Positions 17,888 through 25,957 of a stretch of DNA of 28,548 bases are shown one piece after another (the stretch's first letter is position 1; each line of letters begins with the position of its first letter). The position numbers were made by a program, and so were the translations under genes. Origin of the DNA: a virus (taxonomy: Duplodnaviria > Caudoviricetes); the IMG/VR virus record IMGVR_UViG_3300031588_000010, positions 1-28,548 of that record; one strand, given 5' to 3'. The notes beneath the pieces were generated by a model that saw nothing but the letters and a program-made list of their open reading frames with translations, was not told the origin of the DNA and searched no databases.

Positions 17888-19303
17888 CTAACTCGTCTGT
17901 GAGTGATTCTTCTTCTCAAAATTCACAACCGTGCTTTCGCCAAAGTTCAGATCGATGTGCGCTTTGACCGAAGACATCAGTGACTCATGCATCGCATAGT
18001 CGATTGACTGACCCAGCACCTCGATAGCCTGTTCACCAGCCATCCAATCTGTATGGAAGTCATCAGGGATGCCCATGAGCCGTTTGATGACGCTGTCAGA
18101 AGGCATAAGCATTCGCCCACCAACCTCGAGATAGGCGCCGTCTTTGATTCCTCTGGAATTACTCTTAATGATGGTCTGGCACTGAGTGCTTTCTGGGGTG
18201 ATCGACGGTGCAGCTCGATTAGACGTTGCCCGATTTTTGATAAAGGCGGTATCGGTGATGTCTCGACACTCGCCCAGTAATGGCTCTATGCGGTCCCAGA
18301 TGAGCTTCTCGTTTCGCGGGGACATCTCAGGTGCCTCGAAATTAGGGGCGACACTAGCAACAAGGTAGTAACGTTTCCTCGATTGCACACCGCCATAGTC
18401 CCTCGCGTCCATTTCCATAGCGGTAACGTGATAACCCATCCTCCTGAGCTGAGTTTCGCAAATCTTCCCCGCCATACTGCGACCAAACCCGATCACGTTC
18501 TCGATGATGACAACGGCAGGGTTGATTACTTTGATCTGGTCCAACATAGGAATGAACTGGTCAATGGTGCTGCTTAGGTCATCAACGTCTCGCGCTTTGT
18601 CGTTGGCATTTTTAAGGGTCGAGAAGTCATCACACTGGATACTGTAGTGAGCGACACCAATGGGTGGACGGTCAGCGAGAATGTCTGACAATCGATCCAG
18701 ATTGCAGTGGTACAGGTCTTCGTTGAGGACTACTGACGGGGTGCTGTTTCTAAGGCAATTCATTAGGTTGACCTCTGTCTTATCGTCCCTATCACGCTTC
18801 TCAGGAGGTCTGAACTCCAGAGCCACATCGACATTGAAACCCATGGATTCTAGACAATGAATATCGACACCTCCGGTCAACCCCACAAACGTATTGAAGG
18901 GGTTAGCTTTTTTGAATCGGTGCAGGATATTCGCAGAGCGATTAACCAGCGGTCGAAAAATCATTCGCTGGTTTTTCATTTCCAAGTGGAACCGTTCGCA
19001 GTTTTTCGGAAACTGCCGGTTGATCATGGACTGAGAGCCGAACTCGACCAGCGTCTCAAGAGGATTGTTAATGCGCTTTCCAGCCTTGTAGGTACGAGAG
19101 TGGACTTTGTGTCCACCGTCGAGAAAAGGCACAACCTCGAACCCGTCTAAAGGTTTTCTACTTTTGACCGCGATTCTCATGCCTTCCTCGAACCCCATTA
19201 AGGGCAGGAGGTTGGTTGATACCCTAACCTTTCTGGGCTTTGACATTGTCGAGTTAAACTTTAGGTTTTTCGTTGCAACTTGTGGAGCGTGGAAAATACT
19301 CAT
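17888..19303 (-). CDS. C5 cytosine DNA methyltransferase with N-terminal extra domain
   Basis: Motif IV IQCDDFS, VI IIENV, VIII QSRKR, IX RLMGIP and X LGQSI; motif I is degenerate (FVGLTGGVD). Confidence 0.85.
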   Translation of the reverse strand: MSIFHAPQVATKNLKFNSTMSKPRKVRVSTNLLPLMGFEEGMRIAVKSRKPLDGFEVVPFLDGGHKVHSRTYKAGKRINNPLETLVEFGSQSMINRQFPKNCERFHLEMKNQRMIFRPLVNRSANILHRFKKANPFNTFVGLTGGVDIHCLESMGFNVDVALEFRPPEKRDRDDKTEVNLMNCLRNSTPSVVLNEDLYHCNLDRLSDILADRPPIGVAHYSIQCDDFSTLKNANDKARDVDDLSSTIDQFIPMLDQIKVINPAVVIIENVIGFGRSMAGKICETQLRRMGYHVTAMEMDARDYGGVQSRKRYYLVASVAPNFEAPEMSPRNEKLIWDRIEPLLGECRDITDTAFIKNRATSNRAAPSITPESTQCQTIIKSNSRGIKDGAYLEVGGRMLMPSDSVIKRLMGIPDDFHTDWMAGEQAIEVLGQSIDYAMHESLMSSVKAHIDLNFGESTVVNFEKKNHSQTS

Positions 19304-19367
19304 TTAAACCTCCCAGTTCATGCTGCTTGAGTTTTAAAGTTAAGTGCGGCATCGCCCCAATGTATGT

Positions 19368-19559
19368 TCACGATTCGTACTCCGCGATGCGTGCGTCACG
19401 CTCTTCGTTAAGGCGGTCTGCAGTTTCTGCTAAGTGCATGAACATTTCTCGTGCAGTAGTGTGGGACTCGTAGTCGGCGTCTTCGTTTTGAAGCACGGCG
19501 ATAAATGGATCGACGAGACATGCATAGGTCGGTATAACTTCTATGGGTGCTGTGTTCAT
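19368..19559 (-). CDS. Hypothetical protein
   Basis: 63 aa with GGAGG RBS. Confidence 0.65.
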   Translation of the reverse strand: MNTAPIEVIPTYACLVDPFIAVLQNEDADYESHTTAREMFMHLAETADRLNEERDARIAEYES

Positions 19560-19784
19560 GAATCCTCCGTGATTAGTGATGGCCCCTGTCGCTCGAAGCG
19601 GGGCTAGTTCTTCCTATAAGGCCGTTTAAGTCACCTTGAGCTAACTGATTTTAGTGGGGTGTGTCTGCTGGTTTGTATTCCAAACAGCAATTTGGAAACA
19701 CCAAACACGTTTCCTGGAAACAAACTAGGAATTAACCACTAAGCTTGCTGCTTTTTACTGACGCATCAGCTAAGCGTCATTCAC

Positions 19785-19934
19785 TTACTGAGAAAATCGC
19801 CCAATAACATTTTGGTTGTCTAGGGATTTAATTGAGTTAGCAAATTTCTCCGCTAATTCACTCTCATAATCTGATTCGTCTGCTAAGCGATGACTTAGCT
19901 CAGTTAAAAATTCAACAATGTCTGTTCTAGTCAT
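19785..19934 (-). CDS. Small hypothetical protein (49 aa, MTRTDIVEFL...)
   Basis: ATGA-coupled to the upstream 44-aa ORF. Confidence 0.55.
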   Translation of the reverse strand: MTRTDIVEFLTELSHRLADESDYESELAEKFANSIKSLDNQNVIGRFSQ

Positions 19935-20065
19935 AATGATTGCTCGTAAGGAATTAGAAATTTCACATGCACAAACCCGCCTGACATAGACGAGATCGTG
20001 TACTGGTAGGGGCACGTTTTTGCCCACGTTAAGAATGATTCAAGGTTTTCTACTTGGAGGGTCAT
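19931..20065 (-). CDS. Small protein (44 aa, MTLQVENLESFLTWAKTCPYQY...), missing from ORF track
   Basis: GAGG RBS; ATG one base after the upstream stop. Confidence 0.6.
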   Translation of the reverse strand: MTLQVENLESFLTWAKTCPYQYTISSMSGGFVHVKFLIPYEQSL

Positions 20066-20066
20066 T

Positions 20067-20195
20067 TTAGTTTTCCTCGACTTCTTCACTTGGTGTAAAT
20101 ACAAAAACTATGCAACTTAGGCCCTCATCTACCCACTCTTCTTGATATTTCCCTGGGCAGCTGCTTAACCAAGTATTAAATTCATCTTCTGTCAT
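20067..20195 (-). CDS. Small protein (42 aa, MTEDEFNTWLSSCPGKY...), missing from ORF track
   Basis: ATGA-coupled to the ligase stop; GAGGAG RBS. Confidence 0.6.
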   Translation of the reverse strand: MTEDEFNTWLSSCPGKYQEEWVDEGLSCIVFVFTPSEEVEEN

Positions 20196-21337
20196 CCCAG
20201 TTCTCCTCGGTCTACCCAGCCTTCTGGTGTGGGTACGGGATGGAACGGAATACCATCAGTGGTTAACTCGAAATACTTAACTTGGACGAAACGGCCTATA
20301 TATTGAGCAGCGTTTTCCATGACTTCATATTGAGCTGCTCTGTTACCAGGGGCGCTACATCCAAACTCTTTACCGTTGTTAGCTATAAGCGTAAGAACAG
20401 CCCAGCCTTCTCTTGATGGCTTAATGTCGCGCACCATAAATTCGTCATCTAAAAATGACTTTAGCTTCAGCATTTTGTTGGTTTTCTTACCATCTAGATA
20501 AGGAGCGTTAGCTAGGCGTATGATGCCGCCCTCGTAGCCATCAGCTACTGCTTTAGCAGTAAGCTGGCGCATGAGCTCTTTAGGTTGAACGGGTATTAGC
20601 CGAAACTCTGGCCAAGACATATGACGAGTTTCAATGTGCTTTGGGAGCTCTACCTGCTCACATATAGTGATGTTAGGTAAGTGAGCAAAGCGGGTTTTTA
20701 ATATTTTGTACCGTTCGTTAAACGGAGCTTTTGAAATGTAGTCGTAGCAATGCAGCTTTAAATCTGTAGAGCCTTCTTTAGGTTTTTTGATAAGACTGGA
20801 TAGTGTGCGTAGCGGCACACCATGAATGTAGAGCTCGCCATCAAGCGTTTCTCCCTCATGCAGCTCCAATCCTTCGTACAAATGCGGCAGGTCAATTGTT
20901 TTACCATTACGGGAGTAAGTAATAAGTTCACCATCCTGCTTAGTAATTAAGCATCGATGCCCGTTCAACTTGCGAGACCAATAGGCGCCTGAGATGGTGT
21001 CCTTGTTAGACATTTTATCAATGGTGTGGGCTAGCATTGGGCGTAATAAACCAGCAGCATTAGTTCGCTGCTCGTTTTTAGCGACTTCAATATCTTCTAC
21101 ATAGCCTTTGTCTTTTTTGCTTTTGATATCAGAGCTTATTTGCAAGACCATTTGTTCGTGTCTTGTTCGACTAGCTTTGCCTTCTAATATTTGTTCATTT
21201 TTGGCAATGAGTTGACCACCCACTACACCGTGGTGAGTAATGATGTTGAAGTCATAACCATAAATTCCCCATTCACGTATTTTGTCTTTACTATCTTTGC
21301 AGTACAGTTTTGTTGCAGGCATTTGTCCATTTATCAT
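20192..21337 (-). CDS. ATP-dependent DNA ligase
   Basis: PMLA, motif I KLNGHRC, SRNGK, LDGELY, EGGIIR, LKLK; C-terminal OB-fold (KYFELT.DGIPFHP). Confidence 0.92.
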   Translation of the reverse strand: MINGQMPATKLYCKDSKDKIREWGIYGYDFNIITHHGVVGGQLIAKNEQILEGKASRTRHEQMVLQISSDIKSKKDKGYVEDIEVAKNEQRTNAAGLLRPMLAHTIDKMSNKDTISGAYWSRKLNGHRCLITKQDGELITYSRNGKTIDLPHLYEGLELHEGETLDGELYIHGVPLRTLSSLIKKPKEGSTDLKLHCYDYISKAPFNERYKILKTRFAHLPNITICEQVELPKHIETRHMSWPEFRLIPVQPKELMRQLTAKAVADGYEGGIIRLANAPYLDGKKTNKMLKLKSFLDDEFMVRDIKPSREGWAVLTLIANNGKEFGCSAPGNRAAQYEVMENAAQYIGRFVQVKYFELTTDGIPFHPVPTPEGWVDRGELG

Positions 21338-21990
21338 GCCTTTGCCTCCTTTTTTATTTGTGCTTTATTAGCCCGCCAATTGCTCATAGCTTTTGCCTGG
21401 CAATCAGAACATTGACTTTGTAAGCCATCTTTTTTAGATTTATTTTTATTAAATAGCTTTAGTACCTGAACTTTTTTGCAGGTAAAGCATTGTTTTTCAT
21501 TAGCGTTAGTTACTAGTTTCAACTGGCTATCAATACAGCGCTGTCGTACGTCACTAACTTTTTCACACGTCCACCCTAGTGCCTCGGCTATTTGCTGCCG
21601 TTTATGCATTGGGTGCTTTTCGACGTAATTGAGGTATAACTTTGTGTCTCCAATAGGATGGAGACCGTGTTTAACGCAAGATTTCTTAGTGTCATTTACT
21701 TTTTGTACTTTCCAACCAAGCCCTTCAGCTATATGCCGTGGCATAAAGCCAGGATGAGCTTTTAAATAAGCCAAGTAAGTCAGTTCTGTTTCTGTGGTTT
21801 GTCGTACTTTCTTTTCCACTTTTCGTGGCTGAAGCTTGGGTTTGTTTGGATCAGACAAAGGGCCTAAAGATGATGTGGTATCCCATGAGTACTCCTTTAT
21901 ATCTTTAGAGCCTTGGGTCATTACGCCCATAGGTACTTCCGTTATGCTTCCGCCACGGGATAAAAATTCCTCTACTGTTTCAACTAGCAC
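21334..21990 (-). CDS. Putative transcription regulator: SutA-like motif + two HTH repeats + C4 Zn finger
   Basis: EEFLSRGGSITEVP; two YL.Y...HP......IAE.LGW...KV.D....C repeats; CFTC...F.KNK..KDGLQSQCSDC. Confidence 0.7.
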   Translation of the reverse strand: MLVETVEEFLSRGGSITEVPMGVMTQGSKDIKEYSWDTTSSLGPLSDPNKPKLQPRKVEKKVRQTTETELTYLAYLKAHPGFMPRHIAEGLGWKVQKVNDTKKSCVKHGLHPIGDTKLYLNYVEKHPMHKRQQIAEALGWTCEKVSDVRQRCIDSQLKLVTNANEKQCFTCKKVQVLKLFNKNKSKKDGLQSQCSDCQAKAMSNWRANKAQIKKEAKA

Positions 21991-22276
21991 TATCTAACTC
22001 CTCTAGTTTTTTAATTGCGTGTTTAACTTGTATCCAGTCATCTTCTAAAAAAGCCACGTATGTAATGCCTCCACGCTCTTTTGCGACTTGGGCAAACAGT
22101 GAACTTTCTAATGCACTTAAGTCGTTGGTCTCAACAGCAGGTTTAAAAAAAGTAACTAGAAATCGTCTCTGTTCTTCTAGCTGTTGTAGACGGCGTTCTC
22201 TCGAAACGGTTATTGCTACTACTCCAGCTTTAGAAGCAGCGCCTATTAGGGGCGGTAAAAAACTAAACCAACTCAT
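21980..22276 (-). CDS. Hypothetical protein with hydrophobic N-terminus
   Basis: 98 aa with GGAGG RBS. Confidence 0.6.
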   Translation of the reverse strand: MSWFSFLPPLIGAASKAGVVAITVSRERRLQQLEEQRRFLVTFFKPAVETNDLSALESSLFAQVAKERGGITYVAFLEDDWIQVKHAIKKLEELDSAS

Positions 22277-22451
22277 TCAGTTGCCTCCCTTCTAACTGTT
22301 TAATTAAAGTATTTTGTTGTAACCGTAGTATTGCGATTAAGTCATTAGGATGGGTAATAGGTAGCTGGGATAAAGCCTCAGCTTCTACTTCTGCTATCGT
22401 GTTACGGGTTGGAAATATTGATTGTTGTTTATTAATCGGGGGTCCAGTCAT
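22263..22451 (-). CDS. Small N4-like conserved protein (FPT....EV...A.SQLPIT..N.L...L...NTL)
   Basis: GGAGG RBS before ATG at 22451; motif recalls small genes after RNAP2 in N4-like phages. Confidence 0.65.
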   Translation of the reverse strand: MTGPPINKQQSIFPTRNTIAEVEAEALSQLPITHPNDLIAILRLQQNTLIKQLEGRQLNELV

Positions 22452-22476
22452 AATTCCTCCGGACATTAAGGGCAGT

Positions 22477-22513
22477 AAAAAAAAACTTCACCACAGGCCC
22501 CGGAGGGCCATGG
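22477..22513 (-). terminator. Terminator-like hairpin after RNAP2
   Basis: CCAUGGCCC-UCCG-GGGCCUGUGG, then U9 after a short spacer. Confidence 0.6.
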
Positions 22514-22524
22514 CTTAGTTTTCT

Positions 22525-23787
22525 TTAAGATAGTCCGTAGTTGGATTGACGTATTAACTGGCTAAGGTTGGTTGAACTTTTCTCAAAGATACCTTCAACA
22601 CCTTTGATCTGAGATATTAAATCTGACAACAAGTCGCTATCAGCTAACTCAGCTAAGATAGTTCGGTAGTGGTTCCGTAATTGGTTCATGTTGTTGGGGT
22701 GACACTTAAATTCATCGTGAACGGCAATGACTTCAAATGATTTGTGCTCAAGCATTGTTTTAATGATTTCGTGCAGAGCGGCTAAATGGTCGTTTGAAAG
22801 GAATCTGATACTGTCACTATCCAAGTGAGGCACTATCACTACGTCAGCCATGCTGCTACGTTGATACTGCTCTAGATAGTAATCAATGACAGACATGTCA
22901 GGAGAACAAGGTCTCTTAATGTCTCGTTGCTTTGCAGTTCCTAGCTTTCTAGCTAAACGGGTTGTGACGATCAGCATCTCAAGACGATTAAAGTGCCCGT
23001 GATCATAATTGCATCTCCTGAGCAGAGACCTAAGCACGTAAGCGTCAATACTATGAATAATATTAGCGGGGTTTTTAACGCCCCTTTTAGTACCAATATT
23101 AGCCATATAGCGGTATTCAAACGTGCTGTGGCCTAATTCGTCTACTTCTATGCGGTGATCTACCGCTTCCATCACCTTCACATGCGCTGTGAAGCCATCT
23201 GGGAGCTTCCACGAGTGAGCTAGTGCGTAGGGGTTCCATGTAGCAATCATGTCCTCAAGCAAGTCACAGGCGCCTGGTGCAATTGCATAAAGTGCTTTCC
23301 AAAAGGCGTCTAGTTCTGGTGTGTCTTCACCAAACTCTTTCTTTGGCTCTTTCTTGCTGGCGTACAGTGCTGTCATGACAGCGTTCTTTACTTTCTTACG
23401 CGCTATCTGAGTAACGTTACCTAAGATGTTAGACATCTCTGCAGTAACCTCAGTGTAAGCGTCTGCTCTCCGATCTAAGTCAACTAAGCCAGTAGCTCTG
23501 GCGCCAGTAACGCAACCAGTCAAAGCAGAGGCTATCTGCATGCCTGAACATACTGCGTCAAACCCAACTAAATGACCTATAGGTTCATTACGTTGGGCTG
23601 AACGTATTGCCATTACTGCTTTAAGGTATAAAGGGCGCTCTTTAAACTCTTTATCGTCTGCTAGCTCCTCTAAGTGATGCATGTTGTCGCTTGTCCATGC
23701 GATGCGCTTTTCAAAAGTCAGCTTATCGTGGCCAAATTGATTAGCGGCATCTATTAGCAGGTACTGCCATCCAGTAAACGTTTTCAT
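22525..23787 (-). CDS. N4-like RNA polymerase II subunit 2 (RNAP2, catalytic)
   Basis: N-terminal F.GWQYLLID.AN.FG.DK..FE.RI.W; motif A DAVCSGMQ, motif B RKKVK.AVMT.LY, ANIIHSIDA, motif C HDEF. Confidence 0.96.
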   Translation of the reverse strand: MKTFTGWQYLLIDAANQFGHDKLTFEKRIAWTSDNMHHLEELADDKEFKERPLYLKAVMAIRSAQRNEPIGHLVGFDAVCSGMQIASALTGCVTGARATGLVDLDRRADAYTEVTAEMSNILGNVTQIARKKVKNAVMTALYASKKEPKKEFGEDTPELDAFWKALYAIAPGACDLLEDMIATWNPYALAHSWKLPDGFTAHVKVMEAVDHRIEVDELGHSTFEYRYMANIGTKRGVKNPANIIHSIDAYVLRSLLRRCNYDHGHFNRLEMLIVTTRLARKLGTAKQRDIKRPCSPDMSVIDYYLEQYQRSSMADVVIVPHLDSDSIRFLSNDHLAALHEIIKTMLEHKSFEVIAVHDEFKCHPNNMNQLRNHYRTILAELADSDLLSDLISQIKGVEGIFEKSSTNLSQLIRQSNYGLS

Positions 23788-24680
23788 ATCGTTACTCCTT
23801 CTACGCGTTCTTTGTGAGCTAATTCGACCATCGCTTTCTTAAACGGTGATCCTTGAGTTGTAACGTGGTATCCATGCGCATACATACGACCTCGTTTGTC
23901 GACTTTGTTTGCTAAATAGAACTCGTTTCCCTGGTCGTGCAACATCTGATAGATGCCCGTGCTTTGGGACTTAAATACGCCCCATTGCTGCGTTTTCTCT
24001 ATAGTGTCGAGGGCATGCGTAGGCTCTTCTGGAATCTCTTCTAGAAAAGGCACGCATAACTGCAGTGGTATTTGGTTTTGGAGATTAATAACGTCAAGAC
24101 AGATGTCTTCGTTGTGCCCGTTATTAGGCCCAAGTATTAATGAATCATTAAAGGTTAAGTAAGCGCTTTCGTAGTTTGAGTGAACATATTTAGGCGCACA
24201 GACTAAAGGAGGAACATAGTGTGACCCTCCTATTCGGTCTACTAAGTCCTCTGGTAGGTTTAAGTTATTAACAACCATAAGGCTAGCTCTAACGCTTTCT
24301 TTAGTAACGTCATAAGCGTCTGTCTCGCATAGCACTGCGACTATCTCTGCGATAGTAACGATGCTATCTCTGTGGTTATCAAAGCCCATCTTTGCAGCAA
24401 GCTTAGACGTGACACTCACGTACAGTACTGGCGCTAAGCAGTAAGCTATGCTGACAAATACATCCATAACAATGTCATGTAATGACAGCGGGTCTAGTTG
24501 GGCTAGTCTTGCGTCCTTCTTAGGGTAGTAAGAACCGGCTAACCAATCTTTAAGTGACTCTTCTCCTTCAGTAACTTTTGCAGCGTTAACTGGATCGCCT
24601 AGTATGGCGTCTCTAATATCTTCGTTAAGACTTTGTTGGCTATACCTGTACTCGTTGGTTATTTGGATTTGATCCTGCAT
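23784..24680 (-). CDS. N4-like RNA polymerase II subunit 1 (RNAP1)
   Basis: YYPKK.ARL, PPLVC.P, H..DICLD, DKRGRMY..GYH...QG..FKKA; ATGA-coupled to RNAP2. Confidence 0.95.
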   Translation of the reverse strand: MQDQIQITNEYRYSQQSLNEDIRDAILGDPVNAAKVTEGEESLKDWLAGSYYPKKDARLAQLDPLSLHDIVMDVFVSIAYCLAPVLYVSVTSKLAAKMGFDNHRDSIVTIAEIVAVLCETDAYDVTKESVRASLMVVNNLNLPEDLVDRIGGSHYVPPLVCAPKYVHSNYESAYLTFNDSLILGPNNGHNEDICLDVINLQNQIPLQLCVPFLEEIPEEPTHALDTIEKTQQWGVFKSQSTGIYQMLHDQGNEFYLANKVDKRGRMYAHGYHVTTQGSPFKKAMVELAHKERVEGVTI

Positions 24681-24707
24681 TTTGCCTCCTACGAATTAAA
24701 GGGAATC

Positions 24708-24727
24708 CCACCACCCGCCGGGACGGC
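24708..24727 (-). promoter_or_regulatory. vRNAP-type hairpin promoter upstream of RNAP1
   Basis: Template (+) strand CC-ac-caccc-GCCG-GGA-CGGC, with the same CC-to-loop spacing (11 nt) as the four others. Confidence 0.65.
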
Positions 24728-24786
24728 CACTTCCCTACGAATAAACTAAAAGGGTTTTCATGTGTGTCAGCCACCGGGACGAAGAC

Positions 24787-24830
24787 AAAAAAACACCACC
24801 TACCCCGGTGTTAACGGGGTAAGCAGTGTT
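24787..24830 (-). terminator. Intrinsic terminator after gp2/Drc-like gene
   Basis: AACACUGCUUACCCCG-loop-CGGGGUAGGUGGUGUU followed by a U-tract. Confidence 0.85.
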
Positions 24831-24837
24831 GGGCGGT

Positions 24838-25134
24838 TTAACCAGACGTGGTTTGTGCTGAGCTGTCGACAGGCAATGTAAAACCGGTCTTGGTATTAGC
24901 CAGTTGGAAATCAACAATCATGGTCTCGACAAGCTTCATCAAGTTGCCATCGGCTCTTTGGATGTACTCGATAACTGCTGCCTGATCTTCTTGTTTGTCG
25001 TCAAGATAGATGGTTCCGAACTTCTTCTTGCCGTTCTTTGCATCGCTGGAAGGTAACCAGAGATTGATGAAAGCAGTAGCCTTTTGGAAGTTGGGAGATA
25101 CTACTTTGGTGTCGTCGGGAGTTTTGAAACCCAT
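24838..25134 (-). CDS. N4 gp2/Drc-like ssDNA-binding RNAPII cofactor
   Basis: KA.AFINL.LP.....KKFG.I.L motif; small early gene just upstream of RNAP1. Confidence 0.8.
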   Translation of the reverse strand: MGFKTPDDTKVVSPNFQKATAFINLWLPSSDAKNGKKKFGTIYLDDKQEDQAAVIEYIQRADGNLMKLVETMIVDFQLANTKTGFTLPVDSSAQTTSG

Positions 25135-25174
25135 GGTAATTAATCCTTTTGTTTTAGAAGTTTTGGCTCTATGG

Positions 25175-25198
25175 CCATCACATCGCGGGACGCGTTTT
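25175..25198 (-). promoter_or_regulatory. vRNAP-type hairpin promoter
   Basis: + strand CCAT-cacat-CGCG-GGA-CGCG-TTTT. Confidence 0.8.
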
Positions 25199-25309
25199 GA
25201 TCTATTCTTTTCAAAGGTCTATTACTGCTTAAAATTAAGGCACAGAAGTACCGTTAGCTGCTTTGGTAAGCAGCGAAAATGTATTAAATAAGGTTAAAAG
25301 TTTGAGGTG

Positions 25310-25822
25310 TTAAGGCGGAGCTTCGAGTTTGTCATTTAGCTTATTAAGCAGTTTGACAATCTCTACCTGATTCTTCATTGCCAGCGGAATGACATTCAGG
25401 TTTTCCTTGAGGGTTTCACCGCCTTGATTGATTAGCGCTTGAACCTGGTCGATAAAGGTATCGATAGACTGCTCACCGTCCAAGCATTCTTTGAGCGTCA
25501 TCGGCCCGATAGCGAAAAAGAAATAGTTGGCTGAAATACCAAGCTTGTGCAGAATAGTATAAGTTTGGTAACCGTTTGGCGTTGCGGTTCCTTCGGGGTT
25601 GTGCCATCGGTAATACTGATCTGCGTTTAATCCAGTTTTTTCCATCCAAATTGTTTTGGTAATACCCAACGTGCTAAAAATATGGAGCACATGATCAATT
25701 CCCTCTTGGTGATTCCAGCGATCTTTTGTCACATAAGCATGTTGGTTACGGGTGGTTTTGTGGATCTCGTACAAATCAAGCTGATTTTGTATTTCGTGCA
25801 TTAAAGTTAAGTGATCCGCCAT
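25310..25822 (-). CDS. XRE/CI-like HTH protein with C-terminal coiled coil
   Basis: GAGGGAG RBS before ATG at 25822. LGITKTIWMEKTGLNADQYYRW......P.......I..KLGISANYFFFAIGPM matches the XRE/CI N-domain pattern (cf. GVS.DWLL.G.G.M). Confidence 0.65.
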   Translation of the reverse strand: MADHLTLMHEIQNQLDLYEIHKTTRNQHAYVTKDRWNHQEGIDHVLHIFSTLGITKTIWMEKTGLNADQYYRWHNPEGTATPNGYQTYTILHKLGISANYFFFAIGPMTLKECLDGEQSIDTFIDQVQALINQGGETLKENLNVIPLAMKNQVEIVKLLNKLNDKLEAPP

Positions 25823-25922
25823 AGTACTGCTCCCTCTATGTATGCGTAGAGATAACATATAGAGAAAACGGCGTGACGGCTATCTGAAAGAATGAGTATT
25901 TTTCTGGAATTATGAGTTTTAC

Positions 25923-25952
25923 AAAAACAACCTCCCCAGAAGGAGAGGTTGC
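25923..25952 (-). terminator. Intrinsic terminator
   Basis: GCAACCUCUCC-UUCU-GGGGAGGUUGU-UUUU just after the stop at 25958. Confidence 0.8.
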
Positions 25953-25957
25953 TGTCT

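Noticed and set aside
22491-22510. GGA-containing hairpin after RNAP2 as a sixth vRNAP promoter
   Set aside because: The best fold has a 4-nt loop, the CC spacing differs from the local consensus, and an adjacent U-tract fits a terminator better.
22525-24680. Split RNA polymerase as a frameshift/pseudogene or novelty
   Set aside because: A two-subunit RNAPII is the established hallmark of N4-like phages.
25312-25324. AAGGCGGAGCTTC, similar to the N4 P2 hairpin
   Set aside because: Imperfect stem, lacks the CCAY at 11 nt shared by the five called promoters, and lies inside the end of a CDS.
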